Source: Patescibacteria group bacterium UBA7396 (GTDB lineage Bacteria > Patescibacteriota > Gracilibacteria > BD1-5 > UBA6164). From it: a stretch of 64,000 nt of DNA. Below the pieces are notes generated by a model. It was not told the DNA's origin. It saw nothing but the letters and a program-made list of their open reading frames with translations, and did not search any database. The stretch is from NCBI GenBank assembly GCA_002470645.1, contig DKNE01000024.1:8369-72368 (forward strand), given 5' to 3'. Positions 33,453 through 45,963 of this stretch are shown here, piece by piece (the stretch's first letter is position 1; the number at the start of each line of letters is the position of its first letter). Made by a program: the position numbers and the translations under genes.

Positions 33453-36400
33453 ATGACATTTGTACACTTACATAACCACTCTCATTTTTCTATTTTAGAG
33501 TGACTTCCAAAGCCAAAAGATTATGTTAAAAAAGCAAAATCTTTATGAATGCCTGCGGTCGCGATTACTGATACTAACAATATTCACGGATGTCATGAAC
33601 TCTATAAATATGCAAAAGAAGAATGAATCAAACCAATTTTATGAACAGAGATTTATTTACAATCACTTTCAGATGATAAAATGTTTCATAAAACAGTACT
33701 TTTGGCAAAAAACTATGAAGGGTATAAAAATATTATTTTTCTGGTTTCTATTGCCAATTTAGAGCGCCCTGGTGCGAAACCGTATGTTACTTGGGAAGAA
33801 CTCAAAGAATACTCAGAAAATGTTATCTGTCTTTCTGGACCAATTTCTTGAGAAATTTCATATTATATTTTAGCTGGAATCTCAGAAGAAAAAATCATTG
33901 AGAGAATTAGGGAATATGAAAGAGTTTTTCCTGAGGATTTTTATGTCGAACTTCTCTATCATGATGATATTCCAAAACAAAGACTGGTAACAGATACTCT
34001 TATAGAGTTACATAAAAAATATAATTTCAAAGTAGTTGCTACGAATAATTGCTACTATATAGACAAATCTGATAAACAAACTCAAGATGTTATCATGGCA
34101 CTTGGAACAGGACATCAAATAGAAAATCCAGATCGTCACACCCTCATCAATGGAGATTATTCTTTTTTTAATGAAGAAGAGATGCAAATGCTTTTTTGAT
34201 TTCTTCCCTCAGCTCTTTCAAATACGCTTGAAATAGCTGAGAAAGTAAATATAAAAATAGAAACTGGATGAGTATTAATTCCGAAATATGAACTTCCTGA
34301 ATCAGATCAAAAAATATATGAAAAAGCCATGGAATCTGAGAAAAATGAAACAGGAATAAAAAAACTTACTTCTGATGAATGGTATTTGAGATACCTTTCT
34401 TTTAAGTGACTCAATTGGAGATATAACTATAATCTATCTCAAACAGAAATATTTAATCTCGTCAAAAAAATAGATGTTCCAGGGTTACAAAAAAAACTTA
34501 CTGAAAGCTCTCCTGAAGAACTCAAAGCTCTTTCAATTACCTTTTATAGTGAAGAAAAAAAAGCATTTATTTCAAAACTAGACAAAGACTTAATAGACAA
34601 AATAGACAGACTCGAATATGAGCTTGTAGTAGTGCACGAAATGGGTTTTGATGCTTACTTTCTCATCGTTGCTGACTATATCAATTGGGCAAGAAATAAC
34701 GGTATTCCAGTAGGACCCGGAAGATGATCAGCTGCAGGAAGTTTAATGGCATATCTATCTTGAATTACGGATATTGACCCCCTTCCATATTCACTCCTTT
34801 TTGAAAGATTTCTGAATCCTGCCAGAATTTCCATGCCAGATATAGACACGGATTTTGCTGATGATGGAAGAGATAGAGTAATCGAGTATTGTAGAAATAA
34901 ATATGGAGCTGACCATGTAGCACAGATTTGTACATTTGGTACTTTTGCTGCTCGTGCTGCGGTAAAAGATGTCGGAAGAGTTATGTGAGTAGATTTTGCT
35001 GAAATGAATGAACTCGCAAAACTGATACCAGAAAAACCTTGAACAAAATTAAAACAAGCTTTAGAAGAAAGTCTTGAATTTAAAATGGCGTATGAGCAAA
35101 ATCCAAAATATCAAAATATTATAGACAATGCCCTCAAGATAGAAGGAAATGTGAGACAAATCTGAGTCCATGCTTGTGCCGTAATTATCGCACCAAACAA
35201 GATGACTGATTATACAGCTCTTGCGCATCCTCCAAAAGACCAGAATGCTATTATTACACAATATTCTGCCTATCCGCTTGAGGATCTTGGGCTTTTGAAA
35301 ATGGACTTTTTAGGACTTAGAAATCTTACTATCATAAAAAGAGCATTAAAAATTATTAAAAATAATAAATGAGTGGATGTTGACATCTTAAATGTACCAA
35401 GAGACGATCAAAAAGTATTTGAAATATTTGCTGCCTGAGATACGACTTGAGTATTCCAGTTTGAATCTGACGGGATGAGAAAATATTTGATAGATTTACA
35501 ACCTAATAGTTTTGAAGATTTGATTGCGATGGTATCTTTGTATCGTCCATGACCACTCGCATATATTCCTTCATATGTTGAAAGAAAGCATGGAAGAGAA
35601 GAAGTAAAATATATGGCAGATAATTTGATAGAAATACTCAAAAGTGCTTGATATAGTGATAGTGAAATTGCTGAAGAAAAAAGAAAACTTGATGAGGATT
35701 TAGCACCTATTTTAGACGTATCAAATGGAATCGCTGTCTACCAAGAACAACTGATGTTTATTGTTCAGGTAATGGCATGATTTTCTCTTGGAGAAGCAGA
35801 TTTACTCAGAAGATGAATCGGAAAGAAAAAAATAGAAATCATTGAACAATTAAAATGAGAATTTATTACCAAAGCTGGACAATTTAAAAATTATAAACCA
35901 GAAACTCCAAAATATATTTATGAAGAGATGATTCAACCTGCTGCAAATTACTCATTTAACAAATCGCACGCGGCTTGTTATGCCTTCATAGCGTACCAAA
36001 CAGCTTATTTAAAAGCCTATTATAGAACAGAGTTTTTAACCGCTCTGATGGTGAGTGATGAGGAAAGTATGGAAAGAATTGTGATGGAAGTATGAGAATG
36101 TAATTCGAAATGAATTCAAGTACTCCCTCCAAGTATCAATGATTCGATGAAGCATTTTACCTATATCAATGATGCCACTATCAGATTTGGACTCAAGGCG
36201 ATTAAGTGAATTTGAGACTGACCAATTGAAGCTATTAAAAATGGAAGAAAAGATGGAAAATATACGTCTTTAGAAGATTTTATTGCCAGAGCTGGAAGAG
36301 AAGTAATCAATAAAAAATCCCTTGAAGCACTTATACTTTCAGGAAGTTTGGATGATTTTGGAGAAAGAGGACAACTTTATAAAAATATTGAAAATATTAT

Positions 36401-37334
36401 CAAATTTTCTCGTGAGTGAGAAAAGAAAAAAGAATCAAATCAAATAGGACTTTTTGATCATATCGAAAACTCAAATGCACTTGTTTTAGAAACAGTTTCA
36501 GAATTCAGTTTTGAAGAATTAATTAAATGAGAAAAACTGGTAATTTGATTTCCAATTTCTGGTCATCCACTCGATGGACTTTCTCGTTATATAGAAAAAA
36601 GAAGTCAAAATGCAAAAATTATGAAAATGAGTTTTGAAGAAATTGAAAAACTTCCAGAAAAACAAAAATCAAGAACCACCATTATTCAAGCGGTTGGATA
36701 TGTGAAAGATGTCAGAAAAATGATGACAAAATCAGGAGGAAATATGGTATTTTTATATTGCGAAAGTTTTGAATATGATTTTGAAGTCACTATTTTCCCA
36801 AAAGATTATGAAGCATTTAAAGATAAAATGGAGGCAGATAAAATTATTATCGTTTCTGGATGACTCAACATCAATGCTGAATATAAAAGAAAAGCTATCT
36901 TAGCACGTGATATAAAATCACTTGCTCTTACACAAGTCAGAGAACAAGCGCAATCATTATGACTTTTTGATAATAAAAAATATAATTCATTTACCAAAAA
37001 TGATGTTTTAAAACAAGCTCAAACTTCTCAAGAAATATCTCCTTCAAACAATGAATCTCAAGAAGAAAGTCAAGAGAGTGATTTTGTAGAAATTCAGGAA
37101 AATCCTCCTCCAACTTGCGCTGTTTTTGAGGAAAAAATGGACAAATATATTATTCAAATTCCTCCAACAACTCAAAAAGAAAATTTATTAAAATTGAAAG
37201 AATTTATGCTTAGTTTACCAAGTTGAGATATAAAAATATTTTTGAGTTTAAAATGACAAGAAATAGATACAAAACTTTCACTTGCAGGACTTGATGAAAT
37301 TTACTCATTTGAGAAAAAATATTTTTTAAAGTAA
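33453..37334 (+). CDS. dnaE: DNA polymerase III alpha subunit (1293 aa)
   Basis: The PHP domain starts [17 protein letters not shown]. Also present are [26 protein letters not shown], the PDIDTDF motif ([16 protein letters not shown]), and [10 protein letters not shown]. Track ORF 36621..36863 is in the same frame. The stop is TAA at 37332-37334. Confidence 0.9.
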
Positions 37335-37339
37335 AAAAT

Positions 37340-38389
37340 ATGAAATATAATATAGCAAAAGAATATTATGAATTATTTTCAATATTTTCACCAGATTTTC
37401 CAGAGTTTTTGCATGAGTTTTTAGAGGCAAAAAGTTTGAAAAGATTAGCAGATATTGGACAAAATTGTGGGACTGAATACACAAAATTTTTCAATTACAA
37501 ATTTGAAGCAAATCGTTTGTGACATAGTATTTGAGTTGCTTTGATTATTTGGAATTTTACTCATGATAAAAAACAAACTCTTGCTGGACTTTTTCACGAT
37601 ATTTCAAATAGTATTTTTTCTCATGCCTGAGATTATTTACTTTGAGATGTTCAAACTCAAGAAGCAGCTGAATTTTATATCACAGACATTCTTCAAAATG
37701 ATGAAAAAATTATGGAACTTTTAGAAAAATATCATATATCAATTGAGGAAGTGAATGATTATACCAAATATCCAATTGCAGATAATAAGAGTCCAAAACT
37801 TTCTTCAGATAGGCTTGAATATACTTTGGATGGAGGAATATATTTGTGATACAAAACTTTTGAAGAAGTGAAGAGAATGTATGATGATCTAGTTATTTTA
37901 AAAAATGAAAATGGAGAACAAGAGCTTGGTTTTCAAACGAAAAGCATTGCATTAGAATTTGCAAAATTATCTCTTTTAAATGATTCGAGTTGTTTTTCGA
38001 GTTTTGAAAGTCATATATCAATGTCATTTCTTTCAGAGATTTTAAGAGTTTCTATTCAAGAAAAAATAGTTTCGTTTTCGCAGTTATATAATATATGAGA
38101 AGCTGATTTTATTCAAAAAATATATACTTCAAAAAATAAAAAAGTGATACAAATGTGGGAATTTTTTATAAAAATGGAAAAATATGAATTATTTAAAAAG
38201 GAACCTCAGACTTCAAAATATTATGTGTATTCAAAGACAAAAAAGAGATATATTAATCCTTTGGTGCTAACGATTGATGGAGCGAAAAGAGTTTCTCAAA
38301 TTGATAGTGATTTTAAGAGTAAAGTTGGGGAACATCTTGGAGCACAGGAAAAGTGGATTGAGGTGGATTATGAGTATAAATGAAATTAA
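37340..38389 (+). CDS. HD-domain phosphohydrolase, COG1078/SAMHD1-like architecture (349 aa)
   Basis: The sequence contains RLGHSIGV...LAGLFHDISNSIFSHAGD and a later SSDRLEYTLDGG, matching the H..HD..D and DRLDY pattern. Track ORFs 37340, 37868 and 38144 are all in one frame joined by TGA. The gene starts 5 nt after dnaE. Confidence 0.6.
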
Positions 38390-38449
38390 CAGAAAAGAGT
38401 ATTATTATGAATATATAACTTAAACTAATGCTAAATATATAAAAAGTAG

Positions 38450-38477
38450 TTGATTATTCTATATTTATATATAAAAT
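38450..38477 (+). promoter_or_regulatory. Promoter candidate for the helicase cassette (TTGATT-16 nt-TAAAAT)
   Basis: TTGATT lies at 38450-38455 and TAAAAT at 38472-38477, in the 125-bp gap after the HD gene. Confidence 0.4.
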
Positions 38478-38514
38478 AATTAAGTAAGAGTAATTTACTT
38501 TCTTTTTTCAACTT

Positions 38515-39684
38515 ATGGCAAATTTTAAGTTTAATTCAATATCTTATGATAAGATAAAAGAATCTATACAATGAAAATATATGATAGAAGCTATAGATAG
38601 TCCTATAGATTGCAATTTATTAGTTTACTGATTACCTTGAGCATGAAAAAGTACTATTGCTGCTCATAGACTTGATAAATTTAATAGACAAAATAAAAAG
38701 GTTATTTATTTAACTTATTGAAAATTATTATCAGAATTTTTAAAACAATGAATAGATGATATTAGCGCTAAAGTAAAATTTAATTCTTTTTGGAAATGGT
38801 TTTATGAAATTAGAAAGAAACTAAATCTTAATTATATAAAAATAGAAAACATAAAATCAGAAGATGTAAAAGAAACTTTTTCTAAGTATTTAGAAAAATA
38901 TGGAAAATTTGATGTAATTATAATAGATGAATGACAAGATATTTTACAATATATTTATGAACATATTTGAATTTTGTCAAATCATATTTCTATTTTTGCA
39001 GATGATGCCCAACAAATAATTGTTAGAACTTGAGAAAATAAAATGACGGAAATTATAAAATGATATTTGAATACAGAAACATATCAATTAACATTAAATA
39101 GAAGAAATCCAAAAAGTTTATATGAATTTGCATTACAGTTGAATCCAAAAAATGTTGAAAAGTGAGATATAAAGTTAATGGAAAATAAACCAGAGCCAGT
39201 AATTTTTTATGATTGTTGTGATAAACAAACTGAATTAGTTCAAATATTAAAAATTATTGATGATAATAAATCTAAAAATATTGCTATATTATTTTCTCAA
39301 ATAGAACAAATTAGTTTATTTGAAACAGATTTAAAAAGTGAAAATTTTTATGATTATACTCTTTATAATAGTGAAAATAATTTTAATATAAATAATTTTA
39401 AAAGCCCTTTAATTACTACTTTCAAATCTGTGAAATGATTAGAAGTTGATATTGTTATAATTCCTAATTTATACCCAAGTATAGAATATAAATATTTAGA
39501 TAATAATCAGCTGTTTGTAGCTTTTACTAGAGCAAAAGAAAAACTTATTATTACTCATCATAGTTGATGAAGTCAGATAGAAAAAATTTTAAGTAAATTT
39601 GATTCTAATACTTATTCATCATATAAAATATGAAATGATTCTTGAAATAAGAAAGAGATAAGTATAGAAGATATAGAGTTTTAA
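38515..39684 (+). CDS. Compact SF1 (UvrD/RecD-like) P-loop helicase/ATPase (389 aa)
   Basis: Walker A is VYGLPGAGKST (Gly as TGA) and Walker B is VIIIDEGQD. The C-terminal UvrD_C-like motifs are TFKSVKGLEVDIVII and LFVAFTRAKEKLIIT. Track ORF 39178..39438 is in the same frame. Confidence 0.7.
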
Positions 39685-39713
39685 TAATATTTTTATTTTT
39701 TTAATCTAAAATT

Positions 39714-41339
39714 ATGGCTAAAAAATGAGAAACAACTAAAAAATCAAAAACAGTAAGTAATAGTAAAAAGTATATTCAAATTTCTCAATGAAATCTGTTA
39801 TATTTTTTGACAAAATGATTTATTTATCCAGTTAATATAAATGAAAATAAAAACTGGTTAGAAGAGAATGATTTATTTTATTTATTTAAAAATTATATTC
39901 CATTTGTTTCTAAAAAGATAATATGTAATTGAGTAAACATAGATAATATTATATTTTTAGAAGTAGATGAATTAAAAGATATTATTGACTTAAAAAATGA
40001 TATTTGGTTATATAATTGAATAATACCATTTAGTAAAGTTTCATCTATATATATTGAAAATAAAGCAGTATATGAATCTATAATTACTAGTAATTATAAT
40101 AATATTTTTATACCTAAAAATAAGATTAAGATACAAAAAATAAACTTAGAAAATAAAGAAATATCTAATACTCAATTAGAAGATAAAGAAAATGATAATA
40201 TTGAAAGACTTAAAGATATTTATAATAATAAAAATAAACAATTATGATGAAATCAAATGATAAAGTTTATTGATGAAGATATCTGGAAGCTTTTTAATAC
40301 TAAGAATACAAATAAATCTCAAGAGATGTTATTTTTTTTAAACAATTATTTAGAAAAAAAAGATAAAGATATAAATGATAAAATTTTATTATTTATAAAT
40401 GACTTAATAAACAAAAGAATAAAATTTGAAGGGAAAGAAAATTTAAAAAATTTATGAAATAAAATAAAAACTATTGTTAAAGAATTGAATATTCCTAGTG
40501 ATGATCAAAAAATATCTGAATTCTTAAAAAATTTAAAGAGTTATATTGATACGACTTCTCCATCTATATCAGATATAATAAATATAGAAAAAGATTGAGA
40601 TAATTATGGAATATTATTGTTTTTAATTTTATATAAATATTGAAATGAAAAATTAGAAAATTTTGATAAATATTGACTATCGTTGATTAAAGATAAAAAA
40701 ATAAAAATATTACTTTCTTATTTATATTGAGAATATAATTGATATAATTCTTTATATTCAGAATTAAAACTAAATGATGATATAACAAACAAATTAATTC
40801 ATGAATGAAACAAAATTGATTATAAAGAACTTGTTGATATTGTAAATGATGAAAATAAAATAAAAATAAAAAAACTGAAAACTATAAGAGATAGTAATAT
40901 TGTTTGGGCTTATGAAGAATTTTTTATTGATAAAAATAATATTGATTGATATACAGATTTGGAAAATAAATTAAATGATGAAATAGAAGCTAAAGATGAA
41001 CTACAAACTAAACTAAATAATGAAACTAAGGCCAAAGATGAACTACAAACTAAACTAGATGAAGAAAAAGAGAGTAGAAAAACTTTAGAAAAAGAACTAC
41101 AGAATATAAAAAATCAACTATCTACTAAAGAAAATGAGTTAAATAAAGAAAAACAAAAGAATGAAGATTTGAAAAAAAACATTGATCAAAAAGAAGAGAA
41201 AATAAAAGAATTTGAAACTAATAAAGAAGAATTATTGCAATATTTTCAAGAGTGAATAAATCAATTTAAATCTAACAAAACTCAAAACAATGAATCTAAC
41301 AAATGAGCAGATTGAAATTATACAGGCGGACTTTTCTAA
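39714..41339 (+). CDS. Hypothetical 541-aa protein: unknown N-terminal globular domain, helical middle, C-terminal coiled coil
   Basis: ATG at 39714. Track ORFs 40257..40457 and 40959..41255 are in the same frame. The C-terminal heptad-like stretch is AKDELQTKLNNETKAKDELQTKLDEEKESRKTLEKELQNIKNQL.... The stop is TAA at 41337-41339. No family recognised. Confidence 0.6.
40992..41057 (+). repeat. Exact 24-nt direct repeat (AAAGATGAACTACAAACTAAACTA) at 40992-41015 and 41034-41057, period 42 nt
   Basis: Direct reading. It encodes KDELQTKL twice within the coiled coil. Confidence 0.85.
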
Positions 41340-42759
41340 TATTCTTCTCATAAATGCTTTTGCTTGAACTTGAAAAACGACAACATTAGTGGAATTTTGT
41401 AAATCAAGACCAAATGATAATATACTTTATCTTTGCTATAATAGATGATTAAAAGAAGAAGCTGTTGAAAAATTTAAAAATCTAAAAAATGTAAAAGTTT
41501 CAACGATTCATTCAATAGCTTATAAAGAAATATGACATAATTATTCTCAAAGACTTTGAAATTTGAGGCCGTATGATTTAGCTAAATACTTTCATTGAGA
41601 TATGAAGTATTATTATGGATATTATACTTTGCTCATTTTTAAAGATTTTCTAAATTCATGAGATACATTTGAAACATATTTAAAAAATTTAGATAATGAA
41701 ATAGATAATATTTTAAAATGATTTAATGGAAAGTATAATTCAAATATGTTAATTAAGGCTTTTTCAAACATTTGGAAAGATTTATTAAATTGAGAAAAAT
41801 TAAAAATAGAACATGATGTTTATTTGAAATTGTACCAGTTATCAAAGCCTAATTTAAAACATTTTGATTATATTTTAGTTGATGAGGCACAAGATGTAAA
41901 TTGATGCATGCTGGATATAATTTTAAAGCAAAAAACAAAAAAAGTTTTTATTTGAGATTCTTTTCAGCAAATCTATCAGTGGAGATGAAGTAAAAATACT
42001 TTTAAAATATTAGAAAATGAAACTGATAAAGTAGAATTATATTTAACTTGAAGCTTTAGGTGTGCTAAAAATATTACTGATATTGCAAATCAATATTTAA
42101 AAGTTTTATGATCAAAATCAGAAATACAATGATTAAATAAAAAAAGAACAAACTTAGATAATCAAACAATTATTTGAAGAACAAATGCTGGAATTATGAA
42201 ATATATAATTAAAAATAAATGAAATGTATTTTATGTATGAGGATTTGAAAGTTATAATTTTAGTTTGTTGCTAGACATTAATTATTTGTATAATAATGAT
42301 TATACAAAAATAACTAACACTTTTGTAAAAATATTTTGAAGTTTTTGAGAGTTAAAAATGTATTCTGAGGAGTGAAAGGATCAAGAAATAAAAGCAATGA
42401 TTAAACTTTTTGAAGAAATTATTTGAAAAACAATTAATATTAAAGAATTAAGATGAGTTGATAATATAGAGGAATTGGTTTTTTTATTGAAAAAAGAGTT
42501 AACAACTGATTATTTATATTCCACTTATGCTGTTTCTTCAGCACATAAGTCAAAATGATTAGAGTGGGAAAATGTAGTTTTATTAGATGATTTTGAAGAT
42601 ATAAATGAAACTTTAAAAGAAATTGATAAATTATCATGAAACCAAAAGGAAGAAAAATTAGAGAAACTATTAGAAGAAGTAAATATTTTGTATGTAGCTT
42701 GCACTAGAGCAAAACAAAAAATACAGATAAATGATAGGTATTTAATTGCAGAAAAATAA
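41290..42759 (+). CDS. UvrD/Rep/PcrA-family SF1 helicase, compact form (489 aa)
   Basis: The sequence contains [63 protein letters not shown] and [13 protein letters not shown]. The ATG at 41290 overlaps the preceding gene by 50 nt. The stop is TAA at 42757-42759. Confidence 0.8.
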
Positions 42760-42797
42760 ACATACTTCTCCCTATTTCCAAAAAACATTTGCAATAA

Positions 42798-42833
42798 AAA
42801 ATAAATACTATATAATCTATAGTGTTTATTTTT
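42798..42833 (+). terminator. Rho-independent terminator closing the helicase cassette
   Basis: AATAAATACTATA-taatc-TATAGTGTTTATT forms a 13-bp stem with one G-U pair, followed by T5. Confidence 0.65.
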
Positions 42834-42850
42834 TAACTGAATAAAAGCGT

Positions 42851-44470
42851 ATGAAAGCATCAGACTTATTTGTAGAAATATTAGAAAAGAAATGAGTACA
42901 TACTATTTATGGAGTACCGTGAGAAGAAAATCTTGATTTAGTAGACAGTATTAGAAAATCTTGAAAAATAAAATTAGTTATTACAAGAAACGAACAAACT
43001 GCTGTATTTATGGCAGCAACATATGGAAGATTGACAGGAAAACTTTGAGTTGCTCTTGCAACACTCTGACCTGGAGCGACAAATATGGTAACATGAGTTG
43101 CATATGCACAACTTGGAGGATTTCCTATAATGGTTATTACTGGACAAAAGCCAATTAGAAAGTCAAAACAAGGACTTTTCCAAATTATTGATGTGGTTGC
43201 TATGATGAAACCAATTACAAAATATGCAACAACTTTGGTTTCTTGAAATAAAATCCCATATGTTTTGGATAATGCTTTTAGAATTGCTACTTCTGAAAGA
43301 CCAGGAGCAGTAGCTATAGAATTACCAGAAGATATAGCAGCAGAAATGGTTGAAAATCCAAATCTTAATATAAGTGTAGAAAAAATTAGGAGACCAATTA
43401 TAGATGAAAAAGCAATTGCATTATTAGTACAAGAGTTGCAAAAAGCTAAATCTCCAATTATCCTTGTTGGAGCTTGAGCAAATAGAAAAAGAATTACAAA
43501 ATATTTAACTGAATTTATTACAAAAAATAATATTCCATTCTTTGCTTCTCAAATGTGAAAATGAGTCGTAAGAGAAGATGTAAAACAGTATTTATGAACA
43601 GCAGCTTTAACAAGCAATGATTATATTCATGATGCTATTAAAAAAGCAGATTTAATACTTTCTGTTGGATATGATCCAATTGAAAAACCAACTCACTTAA
43701 TCGGAGAATGAGGAACAAAAAATATTCATATCAATTTTTATGAAGCAAATATTGATGAAGTTTATAATCCATATTTAGAAATAGTTTGAGATATTGGAAG
43801 TACATTTTGGCAATTATCAGAATCAAATATTGATACTGGAAATTGGAATTTCAAAGAAATCTATGAAATAAAAGAAAATTATGAGAAAAAGATTCAAGAA
43901 AATCTTGCTAAAGAAATTGGAGAATCTTGAGTAATGTGACCAAGACAACTCGTACAAGATGTAAGAGATGTATTAAAAAATGATGATATTGTAGCTTTAG
44001 ATAATGGACTTTATAAAGTTTGGTTTGCAAGAAATTATAAAACTTTTGAACCAAATACACTTTTACTTGATAATGCACTTGCTACTATGGGGGCAGGACT
44101 TGCATCAGGAATGGAGGCAAAAATTTTACATCCAGAAAAAAGTGTAGTAGTGATAACTTGAGACTGAGGACTGGTGATGAATCTTTGAGATTTAGAAACA
44201 GCAGTAAGACTTAATTTAGATATTACCGTAGTCGTTTTAAATAATGCAAGTTACTGAATGATTAAATGGAAACAAGTTGGTGCAAATATGCCAATGTGGG
44301 GGCTTGATTTTGGAAATCCAGACTTTGTGAAACTTGCTGAAAGTTTCTGAGGAAAATGATATAAAGTAGAAAATAAACATGAATTTCAAGAAACATTAAG
44401 AAGAGTAAATCAAGAAAAATGATTAAAAATTATTGATTTAGATTTTGATTATCCACAAGAAATAAAATAA
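42851..44470 (+). CDS. alsS: Acetolactate synthase-like thiamine-diphosphate enzyme (539 aa)
   Basis: The sequence contains VHTIYGVPGEENLDL..., ATLGPGATNMVTGVAYAQLGGFPIMVITGQ and FQIIDVVAMMKPITKY. A TPP-binding GDGG-type motif is encoded with TGA. Track ORF 43265..43477 is in the same frame. Confidence 0.8.
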
Positions 44471-44532
44471 AATTTACTATTCTTATTCATTACTTTATAA
44501 TGTACAATTATTTTATTTTATAAACATGAATT

Positions 44533-45897
44533 ATGGCAAAATTACAATCTATAAATCCTTATACAGAGGAATTAAATGCTGAATTTGAAACACTTACGTT
44601 GGAAGAAGTGCATAGAAAAATTGAAAAAGCACACCAAGCATATTTGACTTGGAAAGAAACTCCAAGTTCAAAGAAAAAAGAATTATTTTTAAAATTAGCA
44701 GATGAATTAGAAAACGATATAGAAGAATCATCAAAACTAGAAACTATTGAAATGGGAATGTTAAATCATGTTTCAAAAGCTGGACTTCAAAAAACAGCAA
44801 ATCTTATTAGATGGTTTGCGAATAATTTTGAAGAAATTTTAAAAGAAACATATTATGAAACTGAAGGATTAAAAGTAAGAGAAATGTATGACCCGATAGG
44901 AGTTATTTTTTGAGTAGCTCCATGGAATTTTCCATTTAACCAACTTTTAAGAGCAGCAGTTCCAAATATTTTAGCTGGGAATACACAAGTTTACAAACAT
45001 TCTTCAAATGTACCTTTAGTTGCTATAAAAATAGAAGAACTTTTCCAAAAAGCAGGTTTTCCAGAATGAGTGTATCAAAATATTTTTGTATCATCATCTC
45101 TGAGTGAAGATATTATAAAACATAAATATATTGCTTGAGTAAACCTTACTGGAAGTGAATGAGCTGGAAGTGCTGTTTGAGCTTTAGCTGGAAAATATTT
45201 AAAACCATCTGTTTTAGAACTTTGAGGAAATGATGCATTTTTAGTACTTGAAAATTCTGATATGAATCAAGTTATAGAATATGCGGTAAATGGGAGAATA
45301 AGAAATGGATGACAAGCATGTAATTCATCAAAAAGATTTTTGATACCAGAAATTTTTTATAGTGAGTTTGTAGAAAAATATACAAAGGCAATGTCAGAAC
45401 TGCTTATTTGAGACCCAATGGATGAAAAAACACAACTTCAACCATTAGCAAGTAAAAAGTCAGTTTTAGATATTGAAAAACAAGTAGAAAGAGCAGTCGC
45501 AAGCTGAGCAAAAATTACTACTTGATGAAAAGCATTAGATAGAAAATGATTTTTCTTTCCAGCAACTGTTTTAGTTGATGTAACAAGAGAAACATCATCT
45601 TTTAACGAAGAAATATTTGGTCCAGTAGCTTCTGTTATGAAATATAAAAATATTGAGGAAGCAATAGAACTTGCAAATGGAACAGATTTTTGACTTTCAG
45701 CAGTTGTATTTGGAAATGACCAAGAAGAAGCTATTGAAGTAGCAAAAAAATTAGATGGAGGAATGATTTTTATTAACAATATTGCAGGTTCAAGAGCAAG
45801 TCTTCCTTTTGGATGAGTAAAAAAATCTTGATACGGAAAAGAAAATGGACCAGATGGATTAAAAGCTTTTACCAATAAAAAAGTAATAGTCTATTAA
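44533..45897 (+). CDS. NAD(P)-dependent aldehyde (succinate-semialdehyde-type) dehydrogenase (454 aa)
   Basis: The sequence contains SINPYT...GVIFGVAPWNFPFNQ and a catalytic region with ELGGNDAF and CNSSKRF. EEIFGPVA is also present. Length and motifs fit the ALDH superfamily. Confidence 0.85.
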
Positions 45898-45963
45898 AAA
45901 TAAGAATGATAAGACAAAAAACCTCGTTTTTCTTTTGAAAAAATATAAAAATATGTTAGAATA

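Noticed and set aside
42440-42860. Minus-strand ORFs 42440..42637 and 42525..42860 overlap the end of the UvrD-like gene and its terminator.
   Set aside because: They are antisense to a gene with clear helicase motifs V/VI (HKSKGLEW, ACTRAK). Their translations are low-complexity Phe/Ser/Leu-rich.
45438-45875. A 145-aa minus-strand ORF lies antisense to the aldehyde dehydrogenase gene.
   Set aside because: The plus-strand frame carries clear ALDH motifs over the whole interval. The antisense ORF has no start context or family resemblance.
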